From the NCBI GenBank assembly GCA_003427395.1, contig BFEA01000017.1:1976342-2035109 (forward strand): a DNA stretch of 58,768 nt. The letters are read 5' to 3'. A program made the position numbers and the translations under genes. The DNA is from Chara braunii (Eukaryota; Plantae; Charophyceae). Each line of letters opens with the position of its first letter. Within the stretch, counting starts at the first letter, position 1. Below, in pieces: positions 24,418 through 37,937 of the stretch. Under the pieces are notes generated by a model, which saw only the letters and a list, made by a program, of their open reading frames with translations, was not told the DNA's origin and did not search any database.

Positions 24418-24625
24418 TCGTCACAAACAGAACTGCCCGGTAAACCGTAGGAAGAGAGAGAGAAGAGGACAACAAACGAGGGGCTGTGACAAACTGTTTC
24501 GTCAGAGTTTCACCGACCCATCAGGAGGCTGAGCCCTCAACAGTCTGAAGAATCCCCTCACTGATTACAATGTAAATGATAATCTACCTTAACCAAAATC
24601 AAAGTAGACTATATATATGTGACGA
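24418..24625 (-). mobile_element. Short hammerhead-carrying element, copy 1
   Basis: Inverted termini TCGTCACA ... TGTGACGA within (TA)n; near-identical to 56428-56582. Confidence 0.8.
24490..24547 (-). ncRNA. Type III hammerhead ribozyme, core-mutated copy
   Basis: Minus strand CAGACUGU U GAGG gcucag CCUC CUGAUGG GUCGG ugaaacu CUGAC GAA ACAGUUUG; A9 is replaced by G. Confidence 0.8.
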
Positions 24626-24829
24626 TATATATATATATATATATGAGAAACTGATGCAGTAACGGGTGGAGAGACATCGAACGATCGACCACTCGCACTG
24701 CCAAAAGATCGTTTAATCAATTCTTTGGCGAACCGTAAAACGATCAACCAATCAATCAATCAACCAAACAATCAATCAATCAACCAATCAATCAATCAAT
24801 CAGTCAACCAGGCAATCAATCAATCAATC

Positions 24830-24867
<38 letters not shown>

Positions 24868-25102
24868 TAATTAAACAATCAAACAATCAGTCAACGATGT
24901 GACAATTGAGCAAACAATGATATTGTCGATCGAACGATCAAACAATTCACCTTCGCGATGACCGCACAAATTGCGAACTCGTAAAAAAAGACACCCTTCA
25001 TTCGCATGTAAAGTCACTGCGTTGACACACCGAAAGAGCGATCAATCGATCGATCTCAAGAGAGAGAGAGATGAATAGAATGATAGAATGATAAAATGGG
25101 GG

Positions 25103-25182
<80 letters not shown>

Positions 25183-25229
25183 CATGTTGTCCTTCACAAA
25201 AAAAACGTCAGTTGTTCGGTAAAACACGT

Positions 25230-25281
<52 letters not shown>

Positions 25282-25823
25282 CGACAATTGCGCTATCTCC
25301 ACGGACATGGCGGCAGTGCACCATGAACATCCACATGATGGGCCACATGTTCAATCAAGCTAGCCATGACCCTCGCTCCGAGGTCGGAGCCGTAACTAGG
25401 ATCAATCTCCGGCACGGCTTCGATGATCAGATCAGGAATATGACGTGGCAATCGCCGGCGGCGACGCCAGCGTGGACGGGGGTTGCGCGGCGGCCCGTCA
25501 CCCTCATGGTCGCTAGTGCTTGCTACTGTGGTTCAACAAGGCCGGGTCGATCTCCACCTTGTGCTCAATCATGAGGTTGTGCAGTATGCACACAACCATG
25601 AATTCCTTGCGTAGCGTCTCCTAGTTCGCAATGTGAGTGCGGATGAAATTCCTCCATATGGTCTTCAAACATCCGAATGTCCGCTCTATACAAGATCTCA
25701 CCGCTGAGTGACATTCGTCGTAAGTCCGATCTGCATCAGTTCTGGTGAATCTTCCCATAGGTGTCATGATCCATGGGAGAAGGGGCTAATTAGCATCTCC
25801 AAGCAGGTAACGACCCACGTGTG

Positions 25824-26336
25824 CAGTGCTGTACCCGTGACCGTGACCATAACCGGTCACATGAACGTGATCGGCCATTCATATGGTGTTTTTTTGGTGA
25901 ACTGGCGTTCACGATGAACGGGCCGACCACTAAAGAGTGGTGTTTTTTTTTTTTTTTTTTTGGGAGGGGGGCTTCCTCACGTACATTCGCCCTAAGCCCC
26001 ACAGCGTGATGACATTGAAAAAAAAAAAAAAAATCGGAATGACCTACAAAATGGCAAACGAAAATGCTTATTTTGGCTGGTTGATTTTTGTTTTTGTTTT
26101 TAATAAAAAAATATATTATTCGTGAATTTTTTATTTTTTTTTAATTAAAGGGAGTTACCCTCCAATGTCCCCCACCCTCCTATAAAAAACAAAAAAAAAA
26201 AACAGCCAAAAATAAAAAATAAAAAAATAAACCGCTCTTCGTGAACTCCGTGAACTCCCGTGTCGTGAACGGGGTGAACTCCATGGACGGTCTCCATCCA
26301 CAGACCCCGTGAACGGTGACCGGTGGTATGGCACTG
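25824..26336. mobile_element. hAT-type MITE inside the Harbinger transposase
   Basis: TIR CAGTGCTGTAC ... GTATGGCACTG; perfect 8-bp TSD CACGTGTG (25816-25823, 26337-26344); subterminal CGTGA motifs. Confidence 0.9.
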
Positions 26337-26698
26337 CACGTGTGCCCCATCGTGCATGATAGCTCCGCCCTCACATACCACACCTCTGCCTGCCATGGTG
26401 TTGTGGTACAGTGGCGACATCCGCAGCACACGAGAGTCGTGCATGGACCCAGGGCAACCGACATACACACTGACAATTCTGCACTCATTGTCACACACAA
26501 CCTGGGCGACGACCGAGAAGTCTCCAATGTGATGATAATAACACTCTGACCGCGTCCTGTTCGGCTTGTCAATATACACGTGTGTGCAGTCGATGGCCCC
26601 CATGCATCCGGGAAACCCCTTCGCCTCGAAAGCATTTTGGACTTATTCCAAACGCCTTCATGTAGGGAATTGCAGAAGGTGGCCGTACTCGTGGAGGA

Positions 26699-27131
26699 CA
26701 CAAGCGGTTATCGGGTAACTGAAAATTCAGGAATGAAAATACTGAAGTGAGAGTTTTTGGCTGGTGAAAGGTATGAAGACCCTGAAAACCACCTGTTTAG
26801 GCAGATTCCATCCTAAGGAGGTGAAGGGTGTCCTGAAGTGGTCATGCGAGAGTTTTGGGCAGTCTGAAAATCCTGAATGGTCCTGAAGTAGTGAAAGGTC
26901 CGAAGACCATGAAAACCACCCTTCACCACTTTAGGATGCAGCCTGCCTAAACAGGTGGTTTTCGGGGTCTTTAGAGCTTTCACCACTTCAAGACCATTCA
27001 GGATTTTCAGACTTGAATGGTCCTGAAGTGGTGAAAGGTCCGAAGACCCTGAAAACCACCTGTTTAGGCAGGCTGCATCCTGAAGTGGTGAAGGGTGTCC
27101 TGAAGTGGTGACGAAAAATACGACTGTTGTG
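26699..27131. mobile_element. CACAA-terminated non-autonomous element with 5-bp TSD
   Basis: CACAA ... TTGTG ends; TSD GAGGA (26694-26698, 27132-27136); removal restores transposase codons D-A-I-L-H-E-Y. Confidence 0.8.
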
Positions 27132-28084
27132 GAGGATAGCATCTCGACGTCCTCGTTGCTTCTCAACGCACACGCAAGGTCCATACCTAAACTGTGGGCC
27201 GATTGCCAGTAGTACCCGCCCCTCGCCCATCGGATGAGTGCGCAAGCGAACTTCTGTCCGGTCGGTAGAGGCAACCGAAAATTGGTAGGGGAACACTGGA
27301 TATGGGGGGTGATGCGCTGGAGAACTTGCAAAAACAGAGATCGCGGTAATCGAACACCTTTTCGTTCTCCCCACCCACCCTTTGCAGGTCTTTCCACAAA
27401 CCTCCGCTACGCTCCAACATCCACAATCGCCTTCTCCGAAACCTCAGGTGTTTTCCCAACTCCTGCGCTGCCAACCAGCTCAACGCCATTCCGTGAACCA
27501 CCCCCCCTGCAAGCATCATCAGCGCCCCCGATACATCCCGGAACATGAACGGGGTGATGGTGACTGCTTCAAGAATGGCCATGGCCGCATCGTTGTGCCT
27601 ATTCACCCACTGGGTCATGAGGAGAATGAGCATGAACATCATGTCCTCCCACTCCTACTCCGTACTAGCCACATCCCATGGAGACATGGCCACAATGTCA
27701 CTGTTATGGGAACAGTGTCGACCCTTGCACACCAGTTGTGGCGGCCGCTTGACGATCGCACCACCTTCCACAACCCCTATTCCTCACCAACCCCTCCACC
27801 ACAATCGCCGGCTATGGCTTCCCGTCAATGCTTCGTGCATGCACTCCCACTCTGGAAGGACCGCGTCGGGGAACAGTGGTACCAACGGCAGGAGTGGGGC
27901 GGGCGAGTGTTGGGGGGCGATGGAGTGGGACACCCGCCGATATTCCCAACGGTCATTTCCGTGCACAATCGCACCCCGGCGGCGAGCGGACCATGCGAGG
28001 CCGTTGTGATGTGCACGGTACCTGTGCGGCGTGCGCCACACGTGGTCGCGCACAGCCACACACGGACATGTCCTGGTGCATGCC

Positions 28085-28422
28085 GATAGAAGGGCCTGGA
28101 CCACATCCCCGGGCCTACTTGCCTTTCTGGGAAACACCCTGGGCGGATTTCATAATCGAGCATGTCGAAGAGTTTCCAGTCCCAAAAGTCCAGGGCTGCG
28201 GTGGGGTCCCAACAAAACGCGGAAACTTCTTTCCAAACACGGTCGGCCGTTTTTTGTGGCCAACAGCACTTTCCAGCCGGAAACCAGTGGGGTCCAAGCC
28301 ATACTCATAAGGGACGCTGGACCCGTTTTCCAGCATGTGATGCTCCCCACCAATAGATGGAGCCTATCCCCAAGTGCTAGCGGTATCTGCTCTCATCAGC
28401 ATCGCTAGCACTGGAGGGATCT

Positions 28423-28454
<32 letters not shown>
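28085..28454 (+). mobile_element. 5'-truncated LINE 3' end with shared structured tail
   Basis: Short open frame ending KPYS* exactly at TAAGGGACGCTGG..., same module as 10489-10612, poly(A) at 28424-28454. Left boundary uncertain. Confidence 0.75.
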
Positions 28455-28456
<2 letters not shown>

Positions 28457-29344
28457 AAACAGGCAAAGAATGCCTCAACTGATTTCCAAAGGGTTTTCCT
28501 TTTTTTTGTTTTCGGAAATTGCACTTCATTAACAGGGCCCTGTTTTCCAACCGCATTTGGTCCTCTGCGATGGGGTCCTGGAAAAAGTACTTTATTTTTA
28601 TTTATTTATTTATTTTTTTCCCCTTATTTGTGGGGACTTGCCCGCTTTTCATAGGCAAACGTCTTGCAGTGGGGTCCTTGCCAAAGTTGCCATAGTTACC
28701 AATCAGTATACATGCGTTTTATACGAGGAAGAAGGTGGTGACACTGTGTGTCGTGTCGTAATCGTGTGGAACGCACTCCAAGGTGTACAACGTGCCCTGG
28801 TATGTTTGTCTTTTGTTTTTTTTTTGAAGTAATCTATCTTCTTCTCTCAATTTATTTCATCTTTCTTGGTGGTACGCATCAATCTCATCCTCTCACTAGT
28901 CTATTTATCGTACGGGGGAATACCAACCAACCGGGATCTCTCCCCAGCCCACGGGGTAGGTTTGCACCACAACTGTGGTGCGAGAGCAAGGCTGTACCAG
29001 TCCGTCATCACTGTGACGAGGGGTGGGCAGGCATTGCCGATGGGGGAAGCCCTGGTATAAGGTGTTGCTGACTATTTGACTTTCGTGATGGCCACGTGCC
29101 ACCGCGCCCTGAATTCTTCAATCGGAGCAGAGGGAAGGGGAGGGGAGGATGTTGAAGGCGGTGTTATCCGCTTCAGGGCATACTCACACTAGCTCTATAT
29201 GAATTGTTCCTGACCGCATTTACCTCCGAGCCTGGATGCGTCTGACAGCAATTACGTCTAGAAATCAGAAGAAAGTCCTCCGGTGAGTATCTTCTCAGCC
29301 TCTTCAATTTGCTGCCTTGCAGGCACGGTTCCACACCCCGTGCG

Positions 29345-29430
<86 letters not shown>

Positions 29431-29500
29431 CCGACCAATACCCACCCACAAAATTGTACAGGAATAAAAAACGCGCTCACGCGCGTGCACACACCGTGAC

Positions 29501-29545
<45 letters not shown>

Positions 29546-30539
29546 TACACATAGTACTATACACACACGCACACGCGAGCACACACAGAGGCACAGTCGT
29601 ACGTAGTCGTACACAACGAAGACACAGGCCATACTTTCGCATATAGCTGCCGTACATGGGGAACACAGGGGATACTCACACTAGGATCTTTTGGGATGAG
29701 CTTAAGGACGTCATTGTGGTCATGTACATCCACGGCAGGGCCCGATTGTGGTCAGATGCATCCAGGAAAGTCCCAGTGCGGGGATGCCCACAGACACTCA
29801 CACTATCAAGTTGAATCTCAAAATTAGGGGATGGCAGAGGAACATTCACATCTTTTTCTTTTGTGTATGTTTCTTCTCGGGGGAGCAGAGAGGATAGGGG
29901 TAGAGGGAAGAGGGGAGGGGGGAGCGAGGGGTTCGTTTCCAATTTTTTTTCTGCGATGAATGATGTGAGCGTGGAAGCACTCATGTCATATTACTTGCAC
30001 CGTGTCCTTTTTGGATGTATCTGAACACAGATAAGGCAGGTTACGAATGTATCTGACCGTAATTGCCCCCACTGATCATTGGAAACGGTTGCAGACTTGC
30101 ATCTTTTTATCCCACTTGCCTTCCCAAGCTTGCACCAACACCAGGATCGGCCGCGTGCCTTCCCCAACTTGCACCAGCACCAACACCAAGATCGGCCCCA
30201 GGTTCCAAGAAAAAAAAAATAAAAAACTACGGGCCCGCACGATGCTAAAAATAAAAGGGAAAGGATGGGTTGAACCGGTGCGCTTCCGCCGGCGCTAGTG
30301 CGCTCCGACCAAGCGCTTCGCGGTCGGTGACGATGGAGTGTCAGCCCGTGGTGGTACCATCGAGATATCCCCTCGGCAGTTCCTATGCACCGTCACCTAG
30401 CTTTGTCCTAGGTCATGTCTGTAGTCCGAAGACATGGAGGTTGCATAGGCTTGACACCCGGTATGCCTCGTCTGAGTAGAGATGGTGACTAAGCTAGGTC
30501 TCAATTTTTACCGAGGAACTTACTGCAGATACTATTGTA

Positions 30540-31880
30540 TGTGACGCGCAACCTCACGCCCTGTGCTGTCTTTCGTTCGGAGTGCTAGATGTGCGGAAAG
30601 AGGCCCAGAAAAAACAGCAAGATGGGGTGTGCCAAGGATTTTTGGAAATTGAGTGCGGGGACACAGACGGAACTGAAATCCCTCGTGTTGGTCCGATGAA
30701 GTAAGTCGGGGGCTTTCGCGCGTTGCTGAATGTGCGCGTGGGCACGGCGCGAAAAGAGAAAAATCCAAATTCAATCCAAAAAGTATTGTCGAGCTTCCCA
30801 CCGTGCTACGGCCCGTCGTTTAGAGTGGAAGGGCTTGGGCACGCTTTGTGTGTCTCGTTTTCGTATCAAGTCCCGTCGTCGCTCGCTGGTCAGTTCTGAG
30901 TCTGACGTGGATGGTCTCAGCCGCGTGTCTCTTTCCTTATGCTCGTCTTCACTCCATATTCGGTAGTGGAAGCCCTTTGCTTCGTAGCGATCGAAACGCT
31001 GGCACTCTGTGCACAGGGTTCGAGGCCAATGGGGCGCCACTGCCGTCCAAGGAATGACGATTAGCTCGTTAAAGGGGAGCAATACTGAGTAGGGTGGAAA
31101 GTGCGTATCGATAATGACAAACCCGGCCTCTACGAACCCTGAACAACGGTTTGCTGGAGGGAAGTAGTATTGTCCGCCGATTTGTGCGACAGCTTCTCGT
31201 ACGTCCCACTCGCATACACGTGTCCTTTCCTCGTTATAAGGAAAAGGTCGTGTTGATACGGGAGGTACGAGAGGCAGACGCCCGATCGAAGGGTGCTTTT
31301 AAGTCCACATGTCAATCAATTGCAAAAATTCCGAGACGTCATTAAGAGAAAACACTCGCGCAATCACCAATCAATCCTTTTCGACACGAGAGAGAGAAAG
31401 CACTCATCAGCTCGATCATGCATGTAACTGAGGGACCGACGCGCGACTCAAGTTTCCGTAAGCCACCGCGGTGTTGATCCCAGGCGCCTTATTTCTCGAG
31501 GCTGCCCTGTAGATCGGCTGCAGATGTCGTGCAGCATAAGGCAGATGGCATGCGCAGTGCATTCAGAACTACAAATATAAATACTCTTGCATTCTCAAAC
31601 AAAATCCCGCAAAGTGCGGCGCCTAATCAATACAAAAACGCAAGTATTTCCATACATACATTCACTGTGGAAGGTGCGAAAATGACAAGGGTACACAGGT
31701 CGAAAATCAACCGAGGAAATTGTACACACGCATCCACCATTCACAATACGAGAGGATCAATTGCTCGACATCTGGGGATTACCCAGGAAACTAATGGAAG
31801 AGTTCAGGAAGAAGTTCTTTCACACAGGAAAGCACACAGATTCATTCCCATCCAAGAGAGAGAGAGACAAACATCTAGAA
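30540..31880 (-). mobile_element. Ty3/Gypsy-like LTR remnant, third copy
   Basis: TGTGACGCGCAACCTCACGCCC...GGGGTGTGCCAAGGATTTT matches 14747 onward; right boundary uncertain. Confidence 0.6.
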
Positions 31881-34572
31881 ACATCATCTAACGACCCCCT
31901 TCCCTGGCCCAAAATTTTTATTTTTATTTTTCATGTATTCAACACCTCCACACAGACCCCCCAGCGGCGAACACGCCCCTCCACGCCCGCCCAAAAAATT
32001 ATTCAACCCCCCCCCCTCATCACCCCAACGGAAAAAAAAAAGTGTTTTTTTTTTTTTTTTTTTTTTTTTTTGCAGACGGACTCCCCACGACACCCGAAAC
32101 CCGACCACCCGAAAACCGCGGTCGACCCCCCCCGGAAGATGCCGAACGTACGTACGGCCCGTATGGGACCCCGGTCGTACAAGAGTACGTACGGCCCGTA
32201 TACGACCGGGCGTATACACAGGCAACTGCTATGTCTACGAATGTCTTTACTCCTCTCTTTGCTGCCACTAGTCTCGCTCTTGAACTGTCGGTTGTCCTGC
32301 TGGCTGCCCTGCCCAGGATCTCGATCTCTGTCTCAACTTCCGTCTCGATTTCTTGCTCCCTCATTCCTCTTGCGGTGGGCATCAATTTCGCACACTCCTA
32401 ACAATTGCTCTCGGATCGAGTAGGATCGTCTAAAGCGTCGATATGGACTCCGCCTTCAGTTTTGAAGAAATGTTGCATCTGGCGGATGAAGGAATTCCAG
32501 ACCCTCATGTAGAAGCACAACCGGAGGTGATGTTTTTTTGTCGTTATACCCTCGATCTCCAACTCCTACCCCACACCTATACTACCTTTAACGGTTCTCA
32601 ATGTTGGTTACCCTTGCGTTCTTACTTCGTGCTTTCATATATTGGAATACCTCTGACAAGCTAGTATGCGGCATAACTAGCGAAAAACATATTTCAGGAT
32701 GCATGCCACCACCCGAGTCGGTGAATACGCATGAGTCTCTCACCTACCCTTAGTGTGGTAATTTGGTGGGCAAACCAATTTGTTGAGAACCTACTTATGC
32801 TATTTATTCCTTTGTATAAAATTAGGGGGATAGTCCCTTGCGGATTGACCTCCACCAGCTTACCATGACTTGTGATGCCATCGTACGCCATCGTATGCTA
32901 TTTTATGTGATGATTGCCATGTGTCACGATGATGTGTGGTATTGTTATTTGTATGATTTGCTTCTCGTCTACCACCTTCCCCTTCGGCTTTATTTGTCTT
33001 CGTTGAGCCTTCCGGATGGGGTTTGCTGTGAGGAATTGTGTTTTTTTGTGCGGCATGAGGGGATCTCTTATCTATAGAATGGGCCAGGCAATGTTGAAAG
33101 CGCGCAGGCTACGTGGCGTGTGAAGGATTAGAGGAGGTATGCTCGGTTGCTGCCATCAATTGGATATGGCTATCATCCGAGTACGGTCTCCACTGATGAG
33201 ATCAAAAAAAGTAGGCAATGATGGACGGATCGTGCTCACACGGCGGCGTGAATGAAGTGAGCGGAGGGAAATCCTCAGGAAGGGTGGGGGTTCGTGGTGG
33301 CGATGTTTGCGGCATAGAGGGATCGAAAAATAGATGGGATGTATCTGCGCGGAGGTCTGTTATTGAGTTCAGGAGCGGTACCCCATAGGTGGCGGGAGTA
33401 TGGTCATGTGAAGAGGAGTTGAGTGGGATTATTGGAAATTGATCCCTGATGGAATTCGAAGCCCTGATCAGAGGGCGTGGGTGTGTGAACGTATCACCGA
33501 AGTGCGGCAATAATGGGGGAGCATCCGGCCATGGTGTGGATGCGGATCTGAGTTTATGTGCACTCAAGCGGGGGTCTACATCTTTTTTTCATCGTTTTTC
33601 ATCTATTTTTAGTTGTTTGTCATCTTTTTTCATGTTTTTCTGGACCATTGTTATATAGTGAATACGTACGAATGCAGTGTGTGATTGGGTTTCTAGGGCA
33701 TGTGGTCCAAATTTCTCGATTTGTTGGATTACGTACTACACTGTAGATAGAGCCTAAGGAGAGTGTTTGCTATCGGAAGGATTGTGTCGACCTAATGGGG
33801 TGGAGTTGGAGACTTTGGAATAGAATGAGTGTGTATCAGTAGTCGCGTACCTTCAACAAACTTCATTGTGTAGTAATGAATTTGTCATCAGATAACATCA
33901 AGGAGGGGGCATAGAGACCATGTTTAGATCGAGCTGTGGGTTTGTTGCTGCGTTGCTATGATTGGTTCGATACGAGTTAATTCACATGAAATTCATGTTC
34001 ACGGTTTGATGGCCTTGAGCGGTTCTGAGAGTTTTTCTTGTTCTATTGGGTAATGTATGGATGTGATCCCGTGTGAGCCTTTTTATTCTTCCCGATCACA
34101 CGATTATAGTCTGGATTCGTGATATTGTGTTTAGTACTTTTACATGCGTCCAAGCACATGGTCGGCGGTGTTTCCTAAGTGAGATGCATTCGTCCTCGGT
34201 TTAGGCCCAGGGGGCTTTATGGTGAAATCGCTAGGAAAATTGCGAATGATGAATGAGAATCCCTGTTGGAGAAATGTCATGTGTTGTGACAACAATTTGG
34301 AGTACATATTGTGTATGTACTGAAGTGTCCGCAATATATGTTTTCAACTTTTTACACATATCATCATGTACACACACACCCACCCACACACACGCACACA
34401 CACACATACACACGTACTGTGACAAAAAAAAAAAATGTGTGGTAGTGTATATTTCCATGTCTACTGGCGGATTCATTCGATTTTGGTCATCCAAGCGATG
34501 GAAGTAGCATGAGGCCAACCGTGGGGTTGGAGACTTACCTGTTGGCTGGTGTGTTGCTCAACCTATTGATTG

Positions 34573-34622
<50 letters not shown>

Positions 34623-34727
34623 NNNNNNNNNNNNNNNNNNNNNNNNNNNNNNNNNNNNNNNNNNNNNNNNNNNNNNNNNNNNNNNNNNNNNNNNNNNNNN
34701 NNNNNNNNNNNNNNNNNNNNNNNNNNN

Positions 34728-34786
<59 letters not shown>

Positions 34787-35717
34787 ATACACGCACACAC
34801 ATAGACATACACGGCCCCCAGCTGACACCCTTGCTCCAAAAATGCCTCCTGCGTAAACACGTTAAACGCGTTTAACCGCATTCAATGAACAATCGTTCAC
34901 CAGATTCAAAACATGAACGGGAAACGCACGTTCATTAAACGTGCGGCAACATAGGTATCCGCCACCTCCTCACCATGTAGACTTAACCCTGAACACTTAA
35001 CCTTCCTACCTTAAGTTGGAGTCTAACTTATCTATTTCTTCCCTCCCGACAATGTTACTTCAAGCAGTCTACACCTACCGTGTCAGACTAGTGGGCAACG
35101 AGCAATTTTATGGTTAGCCAGCAACTACAACAAGGACCTCAAAAATTATTTAACGACGCAGACAAGACGTTGTGCCCACCAGTACCAGGATCTAAAGGTT
35201 TGCTCTCAAGACTTATAAGGTTAGCTCCTCACTACGTTAACTCGAGTTCGGTTGCATGCCAATCATTAGTGGTCTTAGGGCTAGACGAGTTGTTTTGCGA
35301 GCACTCGCAACTCATGCCCATGCTTCTTACTTTACGGGTGATACATCCAGTTGTCGAGCTTCTAGCGTAGACACGACCTACTTCATATGAATATGTCTGA
35401 CTAGATGCGGACTCTAGACAAAACCAGATTCTCACCAAGTGTTTTGTCCAGCAGCAGTGATACCAAGATATGGGAAAGTATTAGGACACTCATTCGTTCA
35501 TTAAGACAAATGCAGGGTTTTCGGTGGTGATGCACTTCACTCATGAACGTTCCTTCCATGACACTCCACGATGCTTCATGCATGCACGTACGTAATCACC
35601 ATCCCTAACCTAGCCACTTCTTCTTCGGCCTATAGCCCCTATGTCAAACTCTCAACTCCCTCCTCGTCGTCCTTAATCATGCCAGCGTTCATTACCAGCT
35701 GATGCAGCGACTTACCA

Positions 35718-35729
35718 GCTCCGATACCA
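35718..35729 (-). promoter_or_regulatory. Primer-binding site (tRNA-iMet type) of a decayed LTR element
   Basis: Minus strand reads ...TGCA AT TGGTATCGGAGC. Confidence 0.5.
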
Positions 35730-36055
35730 ATTGCATTGACCCTCACTGCTCGTCACCATGACCGCATACACACACACACACGCATTGAGAGATCACACGA
35801 AATTTATACTGAAGTGGAAAGATCCAGATATGCACAACTTAGAAATCCCAACAAATTATCATATTGAACAATTTCCGAGATCGAGTGACCAAGCACTTGA
35901 CAACGCAGATTATAGCAACCCAATACCAGCGTCCTCATCAAAGGTAGGTGAACTACGATTTCGTCAAAACAAACATTTTTTCCTTTTTGAATGAAATTGA
36001 AAGTCGATTTTTTTTTGCCTCAATTGTCTTCATTTGCGAATCATTTATGACAGGA

Positions 36056-36749
36056 TAAGGGGGGTAAGTGGTAACGGGTCAAGGGGTAAGGGGTAAGGGG
36101 TAAGGGGTATGGGGTATGGGGTATGGGGTATGCGATAAGGGGTAAGGGGTAAGGGGTAAGGGGTAAGGGCTATATTGCACGCCAGGTCACGGCCGGGGCC
36201 GAAAACTCGGCCGCGGCCGCGGCCGTCGGCCGAATCGGCCGGGTTCAGCCACGGCCGACCAGCTGAGTTTGGTGCAACTATTTTTTTTCTATATTTTAGC
36301 GCACAAAAAAAAAAATATATATATATATATGGGCGTGTAGGGTTTTTTTAACCCTACACGCCTATATTTGTTTTGGGGGCATTATTGTTTTCTATTGCGT
36401 AAAAAAAAAAAAAAAAAAAAGATGAAAATGAAAAAAGAAAAAAATGCTTTGAAACCCCGCGCAAGTGTGTGTGTGCGTGNNNNNNNNNNNNNNNNNNNNN
36501 NNNNNNNNNNNNNNNNNNNNNNNNNNNNNNNNNNNNNNNNNNNNNNNNNNNNNNNNNNNNNNNNNNNNNNNNNNNNNNNNNNNNNNNNNNNNNNNNNNNN
36601 NNNNNNNNNNNNNNNNNNNNNNNNNNNNNNNNNTGTGTGTGTGTGATCGGGAGGGGGTGGAGGGGGCGACCCCTCCCCCACCAATCAATCAATCAATCAT
36701 TCAATAAATAAATAAAAAACGAGAAAATGAATTTTCAAACCCCGTGCAA

Positions 36750-36785
<36 letters not shown>

Positions 36786-37232
36786 ATCAGGTGGGGGTGG
36801 GGGGGGCGACCCCTCCCCCACCAATCAATCAATCAGTCAATCAATCAAAAAAAGAAGAAAAAAAAACTGAAAAAAATCGTTTTGTTTTTTCGGCCCCAAA
36901 ATTATTCACCCCCCCTCAAAAACTTTCCAGATTCCTCCCCCCCCGGTTTTTTAAGTTTTTATGTTTTTTTTTTTGCGAGGAGGTAGGGGAGCCCCCCCCA
37001 ACTCGAAACCCACCCCCCGCTCCCAACACCCCCTCCCTGATCGGCCACGGCCGCAGCCGAAAGTTCTCGGCCGGAGCGGCCGCGGTCTGGGGGGTCCCGT
37101 CCACGGCCGGCGGCCGCGGCTACGACCGAACTCGGCCGCGGCCAGGGGGGAACATAGGGTAAGGGGTATGAGGTAAGGGTTATGGGGTAAGAGGTAACGG
37201 ATTGGGGGTAAGGGGGTCGGGGGTTAGGTATA
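36056..37232. repeat. (GGGGTAA/GGGGTAT)n heptamer array split by a MITE
   Basis: Repeat at 36056-36169 and 37158-37232. Confidence 0.85.
36170..37157. mobile_element. MITE with CTAT termini and 8-bp TSD
   Basis: CTATATT ... AACATAG; TSD GGTAAGGG (within a repeat, so weak by itself); CGGCCG subterminal motifs at both ends. Confidence 0.8.
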
Positions 37233-37454
37233 AGTGTTTGTCACATACTCATTTATTGCCTCTATAAATCATTCCTACATTAACCATTTTTGTCATACGG
37301 TGTCTGTCGTGCATGACCAATTACCTTTTTTTGTCGACTGCATCATTAATCCTGAATACTCTTGCCAGCTTATTTTTCTTATTATCACCTCTACTTGTGC
37401 TCATTGCATGGTCCTCTCATATGCTTGGATGACTATTGTACCCAACTCATATAT

Positions 37455-37937
37455 CTACTCCACAACAGCTACATCAAAAGTTATTTGGCATCGTAGTCTC
37501 CTAGTGTCATCTGATGTGAAGGTAATTGGTGGCAGAAACCCTATCGCCAATAGGGATGCATATGCAAGCATAAACACACTGCACTTGTTGAAGTCGCGCT
37601 GCTTTGGAATATCTTTCACTACCCATCGATGGTTGAAGTTTTTTGTGTCAATCTCTTGACCTTGTTCGACCAATCTCGTGTACAAAAATTTTGCGAACCC
37701 CCCTGTCACCTTCTTTGCGAGTTCAACATTTGGTGTCAGCGAATCACAGCACTCAAATTTCATACGCCTCAGGTCTGCTACTATGAGTGTCCAATGCAGG
37801 TCTGCGACTATGAGTATCCAATGTCGGTTGTGTGCGATATGGAAAGGTGCAATAATCAAATCCATATCGCTTATCACAACCTCTATCAACCATTTGTGAA
37901 CCCTATCATACTGAAACTTCATATAACTATCAAATAA
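37455..37937 (-). pseudogene. Ulp1/SENP-like C48 peptidase, C-terminal part
   Basis: DLIIAPFH...HWILIVAD...CDSL...IPKQRDFNKCSVFM provides the His, Asp, Gln and Cys catalytic motifs. Confidence 0.85.

Larger units (their letters stand above)
25340..27642 (-). pseudogene. PIF/Harbinger DDE transposase (HARBI1-like), split by two insertions
   Basis: RLPRSLF...LPTGQKFACALIRWA, GAIDCTHVYI, GCPGSMHDSRVL, YLLGDAN*PLLPWIMTP, IERTFGCLK, CILHNL motifs in order on the minus strand. Confidence 0.88.

Noticed and set aside
32240-34200. Possible decayed minus-strand coding sequence
   Set aside because: No recognisable motif and many stops; family cannot be assigned by eye.
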